Positions 49,140-59,666 of a stretch of 64,000 nucleotides of DNA are shown here, piece after piece. The position numbers were made by a program, and so were the translations under genes. The stretch comes from a bacterium (GTDB lineage Bacteria; Bacillota_I; Bacilli_A; RF39; UBA660), in assembly GCA_029099845.1 (NCBI GenBank), contig JAQXOT010000014.1, positions 8,879-72,878 of the forward strand, in the 5' to 3' direction. The notes under the pieces are model-generated. The model was not told where the DNA came from, ran no database searches, and saw only the letters and a list, made by a program, of their open reading frames with translations. Numbering within the stretch: the first letter of the stretch is position 1; every line of letters starts with the position of its first letter.

Positions 49140-50018
49140 TTAATCCTTAGTTCTATAAACTCCATAATAATTATATTGACCATTATTTAACTTGAAAACA
49201 TATGTAAATTGTTGTAGCGAATCTGCACTTGTTTTTTGTTTAGATCTGGCATCTTCAAGGGAAATAGTACCCCAGCCTAAATTCACATTTTTATTTACAT
49301 CTCTAAAATATTCAAAATTTAGTGCATCACCATTCCAGCTTGCAAATACAAAGGAAGTAGTAATTTCAAGACGATCTTCATAAGTTTTAGAAGCAATTAC
49401 TTCCTCCAAATATGTATCTCCTATTTCAGCACCACAGCTACCTTGAGTACCAACATATTTTTTGGAAGTGGCATCATATTTCATTGTACAACATAAACCA
49501 CAAGAGGCATCATTAGCACTATTATAATAGCCTTCTCCATAAAAAGAATCATAGGCATCCTTAACATATTGTTCATCTATGGAATATGTAGTATTCCAAT
49601 CACTACCTGTTTTAACTAACTTATCACTATAAATAGCTTTAACAAGTTCGTTTCTTTTGCTATTGCTTAATTCACTTACTAATACTTTTTCTTTATCAAA
49701 AATATTATAATTATTAATAGATGCAGAAGCTAAGTTATATAGGCGATTGACTTCAGCTTCATCGATAGAAATGATTCCGCCTTCGCCAGTTATATTGTTA
49801 ACGTCGTTTTCACTATTTCCACCTACTATGCTTGACTTATCATCACTTGTATTATTATTACCTTTATTATCACGGAAAAAAATAACCATAACCAAGGCGC
49901 TAATAATTACTAAAAAAATACCTCATAATATACACAAAACCACAATAATATTATTTTTATTTTTATTTTTATTATTTTTATTATTATTATTTTGTTCTTC
50001 TAAATTAACATTTTCCAT
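49140..50018 (-). pseudogene. Membrane-anchored secreted protein gene interrupted by an in-frame TGA at codon 32
   Basis: An ATG at 50018 sits behind a GAGAGGTG SD. The translation reads MENVNLEEQNNNNKNNKNKNKNNIIVVLCIL, then TGA (49923-49925), then GIFLVIISALVMVIFFRDNKG... in the same frame for about 260 more codons. The track ORF (49140-49895) starts at a TTG inside the hydrophobic helix. Confidence 0.5.
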
Positions 50019-50336
50019 TCAAAAAACACCTCTCTACCTTACTAATATAGTGTAACATTATAAAATAAATAATGTCAATGAATTGCTTTTATATATGAAA
50101 TATTAAGTCCTCATGTTGACCTAAGGTGTAAGGTATTTATATATTGGGTAATTTCATATTTCCCCTTTGGTAGATAGACATTGTCTTTAAATATTTATTT
50201 ATCTAATCTTCTATTTTGTTTATAAATTCCTATATAGTATCTTCTATTGTTGTTTCTTTTGAAATACATCTTCTTATCACTTTATTATTATTCATATATA
50301 ATATTTTTTAAAATTTGCGATAATATAAAAACTAAG

Positions 50337-50355
50337 AGGCAAATAATATTTGCCT
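50337..50355 (-). terminator. Possible terminator of the pilC-pilD unit
   Basis: A 7-bp stem (aggcaaa / tttgcct) with a 5-nt loop. A T-run begins 5 nt downstream on the minus strand. A second GC-rich 5-bp hairpin lies at 50371-50391. Confidence 0.4.
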
Positions 50356-50445
50356 TCAATACTTCTTTAACCCTGCGTTTGTGTCACAGGGAAATCCATG
50401 TGCCTTTTCTAAATAGTCACTTACTTTTGCTATTTATAGATAATT

Positions 50446-51207
50446 TTAGAAGCCTAATAATTTTATTAATCCCTCTGGAGTTATTTTAGTAAAATAAATA
50501 AAGACAAAGGCAATTAATAAAAAGGGGCCAAATGGAATTACTTTTTCATTATTTTTTTTCATTAAATACATAGACATCGGTAAAGCAAATAGGCTGCCTA
50601 AAAAAATTGAAAGAGTTCCAAGGAGTGGATCTAAAACGAGACCAAAAACAAACATCATTTTTATGTCTCCCCCACCTAAACTTTCTTTTTTAAAGATTAC
50701 ATTACCAAGGATCATCACAATATACATTATTGTAAAAAGGAATATGCCACTTAAAAGATGGTTAAAGGCACCTTTTATACCAAGATCTAAAAATTGAATA
50801 ATTAAAAAGTAGATACTTGAAATAATTAGGACTTCATCAGGAATAATTAAGTAAGTTAAATCACTAACTACAATTATCATTAATAATGAAATGATGCCTA
50901 AAGCAATTAATAATTGATAAGAAAAGCCAAAACTGTAATAGGCAACAGAAAATAATAGGCCTGTAAAGAACTCCATATATGGGAATAGAATGTCTATTTT
51001 GCCATGGCAATAGCGGCAACGACCTTTACCAACGATATATGATACTAAAGGGATTAGATCTAAAAATTTAAGATCATGACCGCATTTTTTACATTTTCTT
51101 TTTGTAAATATTTTTTCATTATTAGGTAATCTTAAGCCAACAAGTGTATATATTGTACCTAAGATTGTACCTAAAATAAAAAAGATAATTAAATATAGTA
51201 TTTCCAT
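50446..51207 (-). CDS. pilD: A24-family prepilin peptidase/N-methyltransferase
   Basis: A CKKCGH...CRYCHG zinc motif pair and a GGGDIKMM catalytic Asp motif. Start refined to the ATG at 51207 behind AAGGAGGA. The track start overlaps pilC. Confidence 0.85.
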   Translation of the reverse strand: MEILYLIIFFILGTILGTIYTLVGLRLPNNEKIFTKRKCKKCGHDLKFLDLIPLVSYIVGKGRCRYCHGKIDILFPYMEFFTGLLFSVAYYSFGFSYQLLIALGIISLLMIIVVSDLTYLIIPDEVLIISSIYFLIIQFLDLGIKGAFNHLLSGIFLFTIMYIVMILGNVIFKKESLGGGDIKMMFVFGLVLDPLLGTLSIFLGSLFALPMSMYLMKKNNEKVIPFGPFLLIAFVFIYFTKITPEGLIKLLGF

Positions 51208-51229
51208 AATAATTATCCTCCTTATAGTT

Positions 51230-52885
51230 TTAATCAATTTGACTATACATACTAAACATTGGTGTAACAATAGATAATAAGATAACAGCAACGATACTTG
51301 CTAAAACGATCATCATCATTGGTTCCATCAAACTTTTCATTTGGTCGATTACTGATTTATGCATAGTTTGAAAGTGCCGAGCTACTTTTTCCATCATCAA
51401 GCCTAATTGTCCAGTATTTTCACCAGTAACAATCATTTCATAGGCAACAACTGGAATAGCCCATTGTCCACGGAAGGCAGATGATACGGTATCACCTTTT
51501 TGGAGATTTTCCATGGTTGTTTGAATAATCTTTTTATAAATTTCATTATTAGTTATTTTAGATAAAATTTCCATACTGTCTGTGATAAAAACACCATGAT
51601 TAATTAGTGAAGCAAAGGTTTTAGTAAAATTAGCAATTTCATTGTAAATAATAATTTTACTAACTACAGGGAATTTCATTAATAACGTTTGAATGAAAGT
51701 CCTGAAACTTACAACATGTTTAAATAAATAAGCAAATAAGCCAACAACGGCTACTACACCAATAATTAGCCATAGCCAATATTCTTGAACGAAGTTACTA
51801 ACTCCTAAAACGGCTAATGTTATACCTGGTAATTTAGCATCATTTTGTTCAAACATACTAGAAAATTGTGGTACTAAATATATAAGCATGAAGATTAAAA
51901 CAGCAAAACATAAGGTTAAGACTATAATTGGGTAAGTCATAGCACTTTTCATTTGTTTTCTAGTTTCATTCATTGAGGTATAATATTCGGCCATATCATC
52001 TAGAATTGATGGTAAATCTCCTGTCATTTCTGATGTTTTTACCATATTTACTAATAGTGCTGGAAAAGCTTTACCTTGTCTGGATAAGGCAACAGAGAAA
52101 CTTTCTCCGTGTAATAATTCATATACTACTTGTCCCCAAATCTTTTTTTGAGCTGGTTTAGTTGCTTGCTTGGCTAAAATTCTAACAGAGTCAACTAGTG
52201 GGATACCGGCTCTAATGTAGGTTGCTAACTGTGTTAGGGTAAATGACAAGTCTTCTGGGCTTAACTTTGGTGGGCCACCAATATCAATATCACCGGCACC
52301 ACGAGGTTTTATACTTAAAATTTTATAGTCTTGAGACTCAAGATAACTACGTACTTCATCTATATCTTCGGCATCAAAAGTACCATTTTCTTTTTTATTC
52401 ATGGCATTTACAACCGTATATTTAAATGATTTTAGTTTAGTAGGTCGTGGAGATGATTCTGCTTGTTGACCGGTTGGAGGTGCAGTTGTACCTGTTGGAA
52501 GGGGCGATGCATTATTATTTTGATTTGTTTCGCCAGATGCGGGTTGAGTTACTTGAGAAGGTGGCATTTGATTTTGATTAGGGGCCTGATTTAATTGTTG
52601 TTGAGGCATCTGTTGTGGTGTTTGCTGTATCGGATTAGGTGCAACCATATTTTGATTTACTGGCATATTGGTATTAGGTACTACTGGAAGTGGTTGTTGG
52701 TGGGGATTGGTTGCAGTTAAAGGCGATGCAGGATATTGCTGATTTACCTGATTAATATTATTTGCCCCAACTAATGTTGATGAAGGAAGTACAGGAGAAT
52801 TTGCCGCAATTGGAGCTCCAGTTATTGATTGCCCACTATTGGTTTGAGGAGCAACATCTGCTTGTTTTGAACCTTTAAATTTCAT
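51230..52885 (-). CDS. pilC: GspF/PilC-family type IV pilus or competence platform protein with a Q/P-rich N-terminal extension of about 160 aa
   Basis: Two GspF repeats (LATYIRAGIPLVDS..., LINHGVFITDSME...) and three TM segments. AGGTGA SD. Confidence 0.85.
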   Translation of the reverse strand: MKFKGSKQADVAPQTNSGQSITGAPIAANSPVLPSSTLVGANNINQVNQQYPASPLTATNPHQQPLPVVPNTNMPVNQNMVAPNPIQQTPQQMPQQQLNQAPNQNQMPPSQVTQPASGETNQNNNASPLPTGTTAPPTGQQAESSPRPTKLKSFKYTVVNAMNKKENGTFDAEDIDEVRSYLESQDYKILSIKPRGAGDIDIGGPPKLSPEDLSFTLTQLATYIRAGIPLVDSVRILAKQATKPAQKKIWGQVVYELLHGESFSVALSRQGKAFPALLVNMVKTSEMTGDLPSILDDMAEYYTSMNETRKQMKSAMTYPIIVLTLCFAVLIFMLIYLVPQFSSMFEQNDAKLPGITLAVLGVSNFVQEYWLWLIIGVVAVVGLFAYLFKHVVSFRTFIQTLLMKFPVVSKIIIYNEIANFTKTFASLINHGVFITDSMEILSKITNNEIYKKIIQTTMENLQKGDTVSSAFRGQWAIPVVAYEMIVTGENTGQLGLMMEKVARHFQTMHKSVIDQMKSLMEPMMMIVLASIVAVILLSIVTPMFSMYSQID

Positions 52886-53031
52886 ATTAAATCACCTATT
52901 CTTTTAAACTAGTATAGCCATATTTTTTTATTCTCATACTGTATTGATTGTATCATAGCTTTTGAATTTTGAAAATATTTAAATTAACTTTTTAGAAACT
53001 TTGACATATATTATCTTAGAAGAGGTGGACT

Positions 53032-53304
53032 ATGTACAATTATCCATATGTTAAGCCCAGTTTGTTTAGTAGAATTTTTGGGGCAACGAGAAGTTTTAAT
53101 TTTAGTAATTTTTTAGATGGCACGCAAAAAACTTTAGGTATTATTAATCAAGCAATTCCAATCGTATATCAGATTAAGCCAATGTTTCAAAATGCCAAAA
53201 CAATGTTTAAAATAGCTGATGAAATTAGAAAACCAGTTGATGCTTCTACAGCTAATGTTAGTGAGGTTGTTCAAGAAAAAAATAAACCTGTTTTTTACAT
53301 ATAA
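53032..53304 (+). CDS. Small hypothetical protein (possibly YqfQ/VrrA-like)
   Basis: A strong GAGGTGG SD. FNFSNFLDGTQKTLGIINQAIPIV resembles that family as I recall it. Confidence 0.45.
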   Translation: MYNYPYVKPSLFSRIFGATRSFNFSNFLDGTQKTLGIINQAIPIVYQIKPMFQNAKTMFKIADEIRKPVDASTANVSEVVQEKNKPVFYI

Positions 53305-53317
53305 AAAGAATAACATT

Positions 53318-54463
<1,146 letters not shown>

Positions 54464-54498
54464 TCAAGGGAAATATGCATATAATATAGTTATTACTT

Positions 54499-55533
54499 TT
54501 ATTTTTTGATTTTTTGGATATTTTCTTTTGAATCGTCTTTTGATAATGTATTTGCAACACTTAAAACAGTTCCATGATAGGTTTGATTGTTTTTACGGAA
54601 ACTAAAAGTATCGTTTGTCTTTAACCCAAAAAGCTTGGTACCTAAAGGGCTTATTCTTTCAATATATTCGTCTTCTAGTTCAGTTGATACAGCATTGTTT
54701 ATAAATTCTTTCGTTTTTATGTCTGTACTAACGCCATCTGTTAAGAGTATTTCAATAGTAGAGCCAACGCCTATAGTCCCATCTGTTGGGGCAGTTGCTG
54801 ATTTAGCAGTTTGAAGAGCTTTTCTAATGTTGTTAAGACGCATAATTTCTGATGGTGTTGTGGCTGTTTTAGTTAAGTGATTAGCTTCAATTATTAATAG
54901 ATGTTTTTGAGATGGGGTTATTTCTTGCCGAGCAGAATACTCAATTTGACTTAGCGGATTGGTAGATGAGAGCAATTCGTGTAATTCTCTTCTAGCTTGT
55001 TTGCTGCTACGAGTATAAAGTTTTCTTTCACGAATAAAGTGTAAGTACTCATCTTGGTTAGTAACTATTTTTTCAATTGTTCCAGTTATTTTTTTATTGC
55101 TTAATTGTCCTGGTAGACTATAGGAAATAGAATCCCCTTCTTTAGCACCTAAAACACTTTGTCCAATAGGACTATTAATGCTAACAAAGCTTCTATTTGG
55201 GGCGAAGCCATAGATAGCATCCGTTAAAAGTAGTGTATTCGTTTCTTGCATATTGTCAAAGGCAATAATAAATTTGGTGCCAATTTGAATTGTTTCAGTG
55301 TTGCGTTTTACAACATAATCAGAATTTGTTAATAAATCTACTACTTGATCAAGACTATTTTTAGTCATTTTGTATTGATTATCAATTAGTGGATCACCAA
55401 TAAAGAAGCCGATACTATGTTCTATTGAACTACGATCTCTAGCGGTAAAATAATCTGAATAGCCAGCTAAACTTTGTTTTAATTCTTGTTCTTTTTTCCT
55501 TAAATAACTGATTTGTTCTGGTATTAATTGCAT
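54499..55533 (-). CDS. Protein with two GreA/GreB C-terminal (FKBP-like) domains
   Basis: VSINSPIGQSVLGAKEGDSISYSLPG...ITGTIEKI and IERISPLGTKLFGLKTNDTFSF...YHGTVLSV both match the Gre C-terminal S-P-(I/L)-G...G..GD pattern. AGGGGGA SD. Confidence 0.55.
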   Translation of the reverse strand: MQLIPEQISYLRKKEQELKQSLAGYSDYFTARDRSSIEHSIGFFIGDPLIDNQYKMTKNSLDQVVDLLTNSDYVVKRNTETIQIGTKFIIAFDNMQETNTLLLTDAIYGFAPNRSFVSINSPIGQSVLGAKEGDSISYSLPGQLSNKKITGTIEKIVTNQDEYLHFIRERKLYTRSSKQARRELHELLSSTNPLSQIEYSARQEITPSQKHLLIIEANHLTKTATTPSEIMRLNNIRKALQTAKSATAPTDGTIGVGSTIEILLTDGVSTDIKTKEFINNAVSTELEDEYIERISPLGTKLFGLKTNDTFSFRKNNQTYHGTVLSVANTLSKDDSKENIQKIKK

Positions 55534-55563
55534 ATTTTATCCCCCTAATAATTTATTTAATGG

Positions 55564-56589
55564 TTATTTTATAAGCATAGCGTCTCCAAAGGAAAAGAAA
55601 CGATATTCTCTTTTTATGGCCTCATTATAGGCATGTAAAATGTTATCTCGTCCAGCTAGGGCTGATACTAACATAACTAGTGTTGATTTTGGTAAATGAA
55701 AATTGGTAATTAAATTATCAATAGCTTTAAAGTGATAGCCTGGATAAATAAAAATATTAGTCCAGCCACTGCATTCTTGAAATTTATTATATTTAGTCAT
55801 AATAGTTTCTAGAGTTCTAGTGCTAGTAGTTCCAACGGCTATTATTTTGTGATTTTCTTTTTTTGTTTTGGTTAAAAGGTCTGCTACTTCTTTAGTCATT
55901 TGATAATATTCACTGTGCATTTCATGTTCTTCAACTTTTTCTACATTTACAGGTCTAAAAGTGCCAAGTCCAACATGCAATGTTATATAAGCAATATTTA
56001 CGCCCTTGTTCTTAATTTTTTCTAATAATTCTGGGGTAAAATGTAGTCCGGCGGTTGGAGCAGCGGCACTACCAACTTCTTTGGCATAGACAGTCTGATA
56101 ACGAGACTGGTCTTCTAGTTTTTCGTGAATATATGGTGGTAATGGCATTGTTCCAAGCTCTTCTAAAATTTCTAATAGAATGCCATCATATATTAAAGTA
56201 AAGTGTCTAATCCCTTCTTTATCTTCTTTTATGCATTTGGCTTTTAATTTGCCGTTACCAAAGCAAACTATGGTGCCGACTTTTACTCTACGTGCTGGTT
56301 TTACGAGGCATTCCCAATTATCTTTTTCTATATTTTTTAATAAAAGAATTTCAATAACAGCACCAGTAGTTTCTTTTTCACCAATTAGTCGTGCTGGTAA
56401 AACTTTAGTATCATTTAAAACTAGGGTGTCGCCTTTTTCTAGGTAGTCTATAATGTCATAAAAATGTTTATGCTCAATTTCTCCTGTATTTTTATCTAAA
56501 ATTAATAATTTAGAAGAGTCTCTTTTTTCTAAGGGAGTTTGAGCAATTAATCTTTCTGGTAAATTGTAATCAAAATCTTCTACTTTCAT
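55564..56589 (-). CDS. queA: S-adenosylmethionine:tRNA ribosyltransferase-isomerase
   Basis: [30 protein letters not shown]-terminus and C-terminal [10 protein letters not shown]. Confidence 0.95.
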   Translation of the reverse strand: MKVEDFDYNLPERLIAQTPLEKRDSSKLLILDKNTGEIEHKHFYDIIDYLEKGDTLVLNDTKVLPARLIGEKETTGAVIEILLLKNIEKDNWECLVKPARRVKVGTIVCFGNGKLKAKCIKEDKEGIRHFTLIYDGILLEILEELGTMPLPPYIHEKLEDQSRYQTVYAKEVGSAAAPTAGLHFTPELLEKIKNKGVNIAYITLHVGLGTFRPVNVEKVEEHEMHSEYYQMTKEVADLLTKTKKENHKIIAVGTTSTRTLETIMTKYNKFQECSGWTNIFIYPGYHFKAIDNLITNFHLPKSTLVMLVSALAGRDNILHAYNEAIKREYRFFSFGDAMLIK

Positions 56590-56602
56590 ACTTTGGTACT
56601 CC

Positions 56603-57604
56603 TTAACTTCTTTTTTCTATTCCAAGAACTTCGTAAGCCTTGTCAGTGGCAACTCTTCCACGAGATGTTCTTTTTAGTAACCCTGTCTGTAAAAGATATG
56701 GTTCATAAACATCCTCAATCGTCGTTGCTTCTTCCCCGATTGAACTACTTAGGGCTTCTAGGCCAACTGGTCCGCCATTAAACTTGTTAATTATGGCTAA
56801 GAGTAATTCATGATCTGTGTGATCTAGGCCTAGTTTATCAATTTTTAAGCGTTCTAGGGCTTCGGTAGTAATATCAAGATCAATAATGCCGCTTCCTTTA
56901 ACAAGAGCAAAGTCACGAACACGTTTAAATAAGCGATTAGCAATACGTGGTGTTCCCCTACTCCTTTTCGCTAGTTCTAAGGCGGCATCTTCTGCTATTT
57001 GCATATCTAGAACACGAGCAGTACGCTTTACTATATCACATAATTCCTCAGTTGTATAGAACTGAAGTTTAGAAATAATTCCAAATCTATCTCGAAGTGG
57101 TGCTGATAAGTCACCAGCTCTAGTAGTAGCCCCTACTAGCGTGAATGGTGGTAAGTCAATTTTTATGTTACGAGTATTGCCTTCACTTCCAACAATTATA
57201 TCTAATGAAAAATCTTCCATAGCTGGATAAAGAATTTCTTCAATATATCTTGGCATACGATGAATTTCATCAATAAACAAGACGTCCCCTGGTTCTAGAG
57301 ATGAAAGAATTGCTGCTAAATCGCCACTTTTTTCAATACTTGGACCACTAGCAGTTTTAATATTAGTTCCCATTTCGTGAGCAATAATAAAGGCAAGAGT
57401 TGTTTTCCCTAAACCAGGAGGGCCATATAATAAGACGTGATCAAGTGCTTCATTACGAATTTTGGCGGCTTCAACAAAAACTTTAATATTTTCTTTTACT
57501 TCAGTTTGACCAATGTATTCATCTATGGTTTCTGGTCTAATTGTATTATCAATCGTGTGATCATCATCTAGTGAATATTGTTTTATAATGTTTTCCTCTT
57601 TCAT
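56603..57604 (-). CDS. ruvB: Holliday junction branch migration helicase RuvB
   Basis: [28 protein letters not shown], and the arginine sensor region. Confidence 0.95.
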   Translation of the reverse strand: MKEENIIKQYSLDDDHTIDNTIRPETIDEYIGQTEVKENIKVFVEAAKIRNEALDHVLLYGPPGLGKTTLAFIIAHEMGTNIKTASGPSIEKSGDLAAILSSLEPGDVLFIDEIHRMPRYIEEILYPAMEDFSLDIIVGSEGNTRNIKIDLPPFTLVGATTRAGDLSAPLRDRFGIISKLQFYTTEELCDIVKRTARVLDMQIAEDAALELAKRSRGTPRIANRLFKRVRDFALVKGSGIIDLDITTEALERLKIDKLGLDHTDHELLLAIINKFNGGPVGLEALSSSIGEEATTIEDVYEPYLLQTGLLKRTSRGRVATDKAYEVLGIEKRS

Positions 57605-57613
57605 AATAGCTCC

Positions 57614-58177
57614 TTACTTTAATAATAGTTTTAAAGCATCTTTTACTTGCTCTTCTATCGTTAGTGAAGTATCAACTCTAGCAAGAACTGGTTTTAATTC
57701 TTTTTCTTTATAACCTAAACCAAGAAGAACCTCTTTTAATTCATTTTCAGTTTGAAGTTGGTTATCAGAAATACCAACACCAATAAATTCAAGTTTTCCT
57801 TTTAAGTCTAAAACTATTTGTTTGGCTAATTTATCACCAATTTTAGGAAATTTTTTTAAGTATAAGACATTTTCTCTTTCTATAGCATCCATTATTCCAT
57901 TTATTGAGCCTACAGCTAGGATTGGTAAAGCCATTTTGCAACCTAAACCTTTAACACTTATTAGTTTTAAAAATAATTCTTTTTCCTCAATAGTTTTAAA
58001 ACCATACAAACTATTTTCATCTTCACGTAGTTGCTGGTAAACATAAACTTTGTAATCTTTACCAGGATCAAAAGAATATGGATTAGATACATAAATTAAA
58101 AAACCAATTCCATTATTTTCTAACACAATAGCATTATTTTTTAAACAAGTTACAGTTCCGTTTATATAATCGTACAT
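57614..58177 (-). CDS. ruvA: Holliday junction DNA-binding protein RuvA
   Basis: MYDYINGTV... OB domain and the HhH region LISVKGLGCKMALPIL. It lies directly upstream of ruvB. Confidence 0.9.
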   Translation of the reverse strand: MYDYINGTVTCLKNNAIVLENNGIGFLIYVSNPYSFDPGKDYKVYVYQQLREDENSLYGFKTIEEKELFLKLISVKGLGCKMALPILAVGSINGIMDAIERENVLYLKKFPKIGDKLAKQIVLDLKGKLEFIGVGISDNQLQTENELKEVLLGLGYKEKELKPVLARVDTSLTIEEQVKDALKLLLK

Positions 58178-58233
58178 ATAATCACTCCATTTATAATTAT
58201 AAACTAAATAATAGTTTCTTTCAAACTCTATTA

Positions 58234-58262
58234 ATTATATAATACGAACAGTTGTTTGTCAA
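58234..58262 (-). promoter_or_regulatory. Consensus sigma-A promoter of ruvA-ruvB-queA-(gre-like)-tgt
   Basis: The minus strand reads TTGACA, 17 nt, TATAAT, about 57 nt upstream of the ruvA ATG. Confidence 0.65.
58245..58258 (-). promoter_or_regulatory. Putative LexA (Cheo/SOS) box within the ruvA promoter spacer
   Basis: The plus strand reads CGAACAGTTGTTTG, against the Gram-positive consensus CGAAC-N4-GTTCG. There is one mismatch in the core half-sites. Confidence 0.5.
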
Positions 58263-58271
58263 ACCAAAAAG

Positions 58272-58290
58272 AAAAAGCCTAATGAGGCTT
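58272..58290 (-). terminator. Terminator after the 178-aa membrane-protein gene
   Basis: A 6-bp stem (aagcct / aggctt) with a 4-nt loop, followed by a T-rich tail on the minus strand. Confidence 0.55.
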
Positions 58291-58291
58291 C

Positions 58292-58828
58292 TTATTTTTT
58301 GAATCTTCGTTTTAGATAATTCTTGGCCTGCTCAAAGCGGGCTTTGATATTAGGATGTAAGTATGATGATAATAACGCGATTAGGATGCTGGCTGTAAAA
58401 AGCTGTAGTGAAATAATCGATTTAACTATAAGTATACCAATAATTAAATAAACGATAGATAAAATAATTACAATAATTATATTAAAAATATTATTTATAT
58501 CTTTAATGTTTTTGGAATTAATATCTTTTTGTTTTAAAAGCTTGTCGGCTTTTTCTTTAAATATATTATATTTGGTTTCTAGTTCGGCAAATGTTTTTAT
58601 TTCATCCGTTGTTTCATAAAGATCCCCACGCATGATAATATTACCCTTTTCAGTTAGTTCTATATCAATATTTGCATAATTTTCTAGTGGTAGGTCAACT
58701 GAAAAAGTTTTGCCTAATATATTTATTAATTTATTGCGGCAACTATTGGAATTGGCTTTAGCCTCGTTAATGTAAGATTTTATTTCATTATTAATTTTTT
58801 TTAAGTCTCTTTCCATTGCGTTAATCAC
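58292..58828 (-). CDS. Hypothetical protein with a C-terminal TM hairpin
   Basis: A 178-aa ORF directly downstream of yebC. It has two hydrophobic segments near the C-terminus. I recognise no family. Confidence 0.5.
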   Translation of the reverse strand: MINAMERDLKKINNEIKSYINEAKANSNSCRNKLINILGKTFSVDLPLENYANIDIELTEKGNIIMRGDLYETTDEIKTFAELETKYNIFKEKADKLLKQKDINSKNIKDINNIFNIIIVIILSIVYLIIGILIVKSIISLQLFTASILIALLSSYLHPNIKARFEQAKNYLKRRFKK

Positions 58829-58833
58829 CTTTA

Positions 58834-59556
58834 TTAGTCTTCTTTTAGGTTATAATAAACGTCTTGTACATCATCTAAATCTTCTAACGTTGCAACCAAA
58901 TTATGAATTTTTTCTTGGCCTTCTTCGTCTAATTCTACTTCCATATTTGGAACAAAGGTCAATTCACATTCTTCAAATTCTTTTACTCCAGCTGTTTCTA
59001 ATGCTTCTCTTACGGCAGTGAAAGTCTCAGCAGAAGTTGTAATGACATAGTTGTTTTCAACTTTTTCAAAATCTAAGGCTCCAGCATCCAAGGATGTCAT
59101 CATCATGGTATCTTCATCATAATCTGCAGGAATAACGATTGAACCACGACGTTCAAACATATAACTTACAGATCCATCCGTACCTAAATTTCCACCAGCT
59201 TTAGTAAAAGAACTTCTTACTTGTGATGCAGTTCTATTACGATTATCAGTTAAACAGTCAACCATAAAAGCTACTCCACCATGGCCATATCCTTCATAAC
59301 GAACGCTTTCATAATTTGTAGCATCATTAGATCCTGTTGCTTTTTCAATAGCTTTTTGAATATTATCTTTTGGCATATTTTGAGCTTTAGCCTTATCTAC
59401 TGCCAACCTTAGTGCAGCATTTTGATTTGGATCTGGACTACCAGTTTTGGCAGCGACCATAATCTCCTTTGCTAATTTTTGGAACACTTTTCCCCTAGCT
59501 GCATCTAGTAGGCCTTTTTTACGATGAATTGTTGCCCATTTTGAATGTCCACTCAT
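58834..59556 (-). CDS. yebC: YebC/PmpR-family DNA-binding regulator
   Basis: MSGHSKWATIHRKKG N-terminus. Start refined to the ATG at 59556 behind GGGAGGT. Confidence 0.9.
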   Translation of the reverse strand: MSGHSKWATIHRKKGLLDAARGKVFQKLAKEIMVAAKTGSPDPNQNAALRLAVDKAKAQNMPKDNIQKAIEKATGSNDATNYESVRYEGYGHGGVAFMVDCLTDNRNRTASQVRSSFTKAGGNLGTDGSVSYMFERRGSIVIPADYDEDTMMMTSLDAGALDFEKVENNYVITTSAETFTAVREALETAGVKEFEECELTFVPNMEVELDEEGQEKIHNLVATLEDLDDVQDVYYNLKED

Positions 59557-59666
59557 TTTAATACCTCCCTTTGTCATTTATAATAGCACACTTTTTATAA
59601 TTGTTAAAGTTTTTAGATAATTATTTTTAATTATGATATAATATTGATAGTTGGTGGTGGTTTTGC

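Noticed and set aside
49896-49925. Selenocysteine insertion at the in-frame TGA.
   Set aside because: There is no stable SECIS-like hairpin in the roughly 40 nt downstream of the TGA. The position lies inside a hydrophobic membrane helix rather than a redox active site.
49926-50000. A tandem-repeat-looking tract (ttattttt / attattt units), and likewise the ggctctgg / ggttctgg periodicity at about 670-780. I considered these as possible CRISPR or satellite repeats.
   Set aside because: Both are in frame within coding sequence. They encode low-complexity peptides, an N/K-rich tail and a PEPEPEP linker respectively. There is no repeat-spacer architecture.
50247-50489. An 80-aa plus-strand ORF in the pilD downstream gap.
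   Set aside because: It has no SD, a Phe/Leu/Ile-rich nonsense-like translation, and it overlaps the 3' end of pilD. The region more plausibly holds terminator hairpins and the promoter of the next minus-strand gene.
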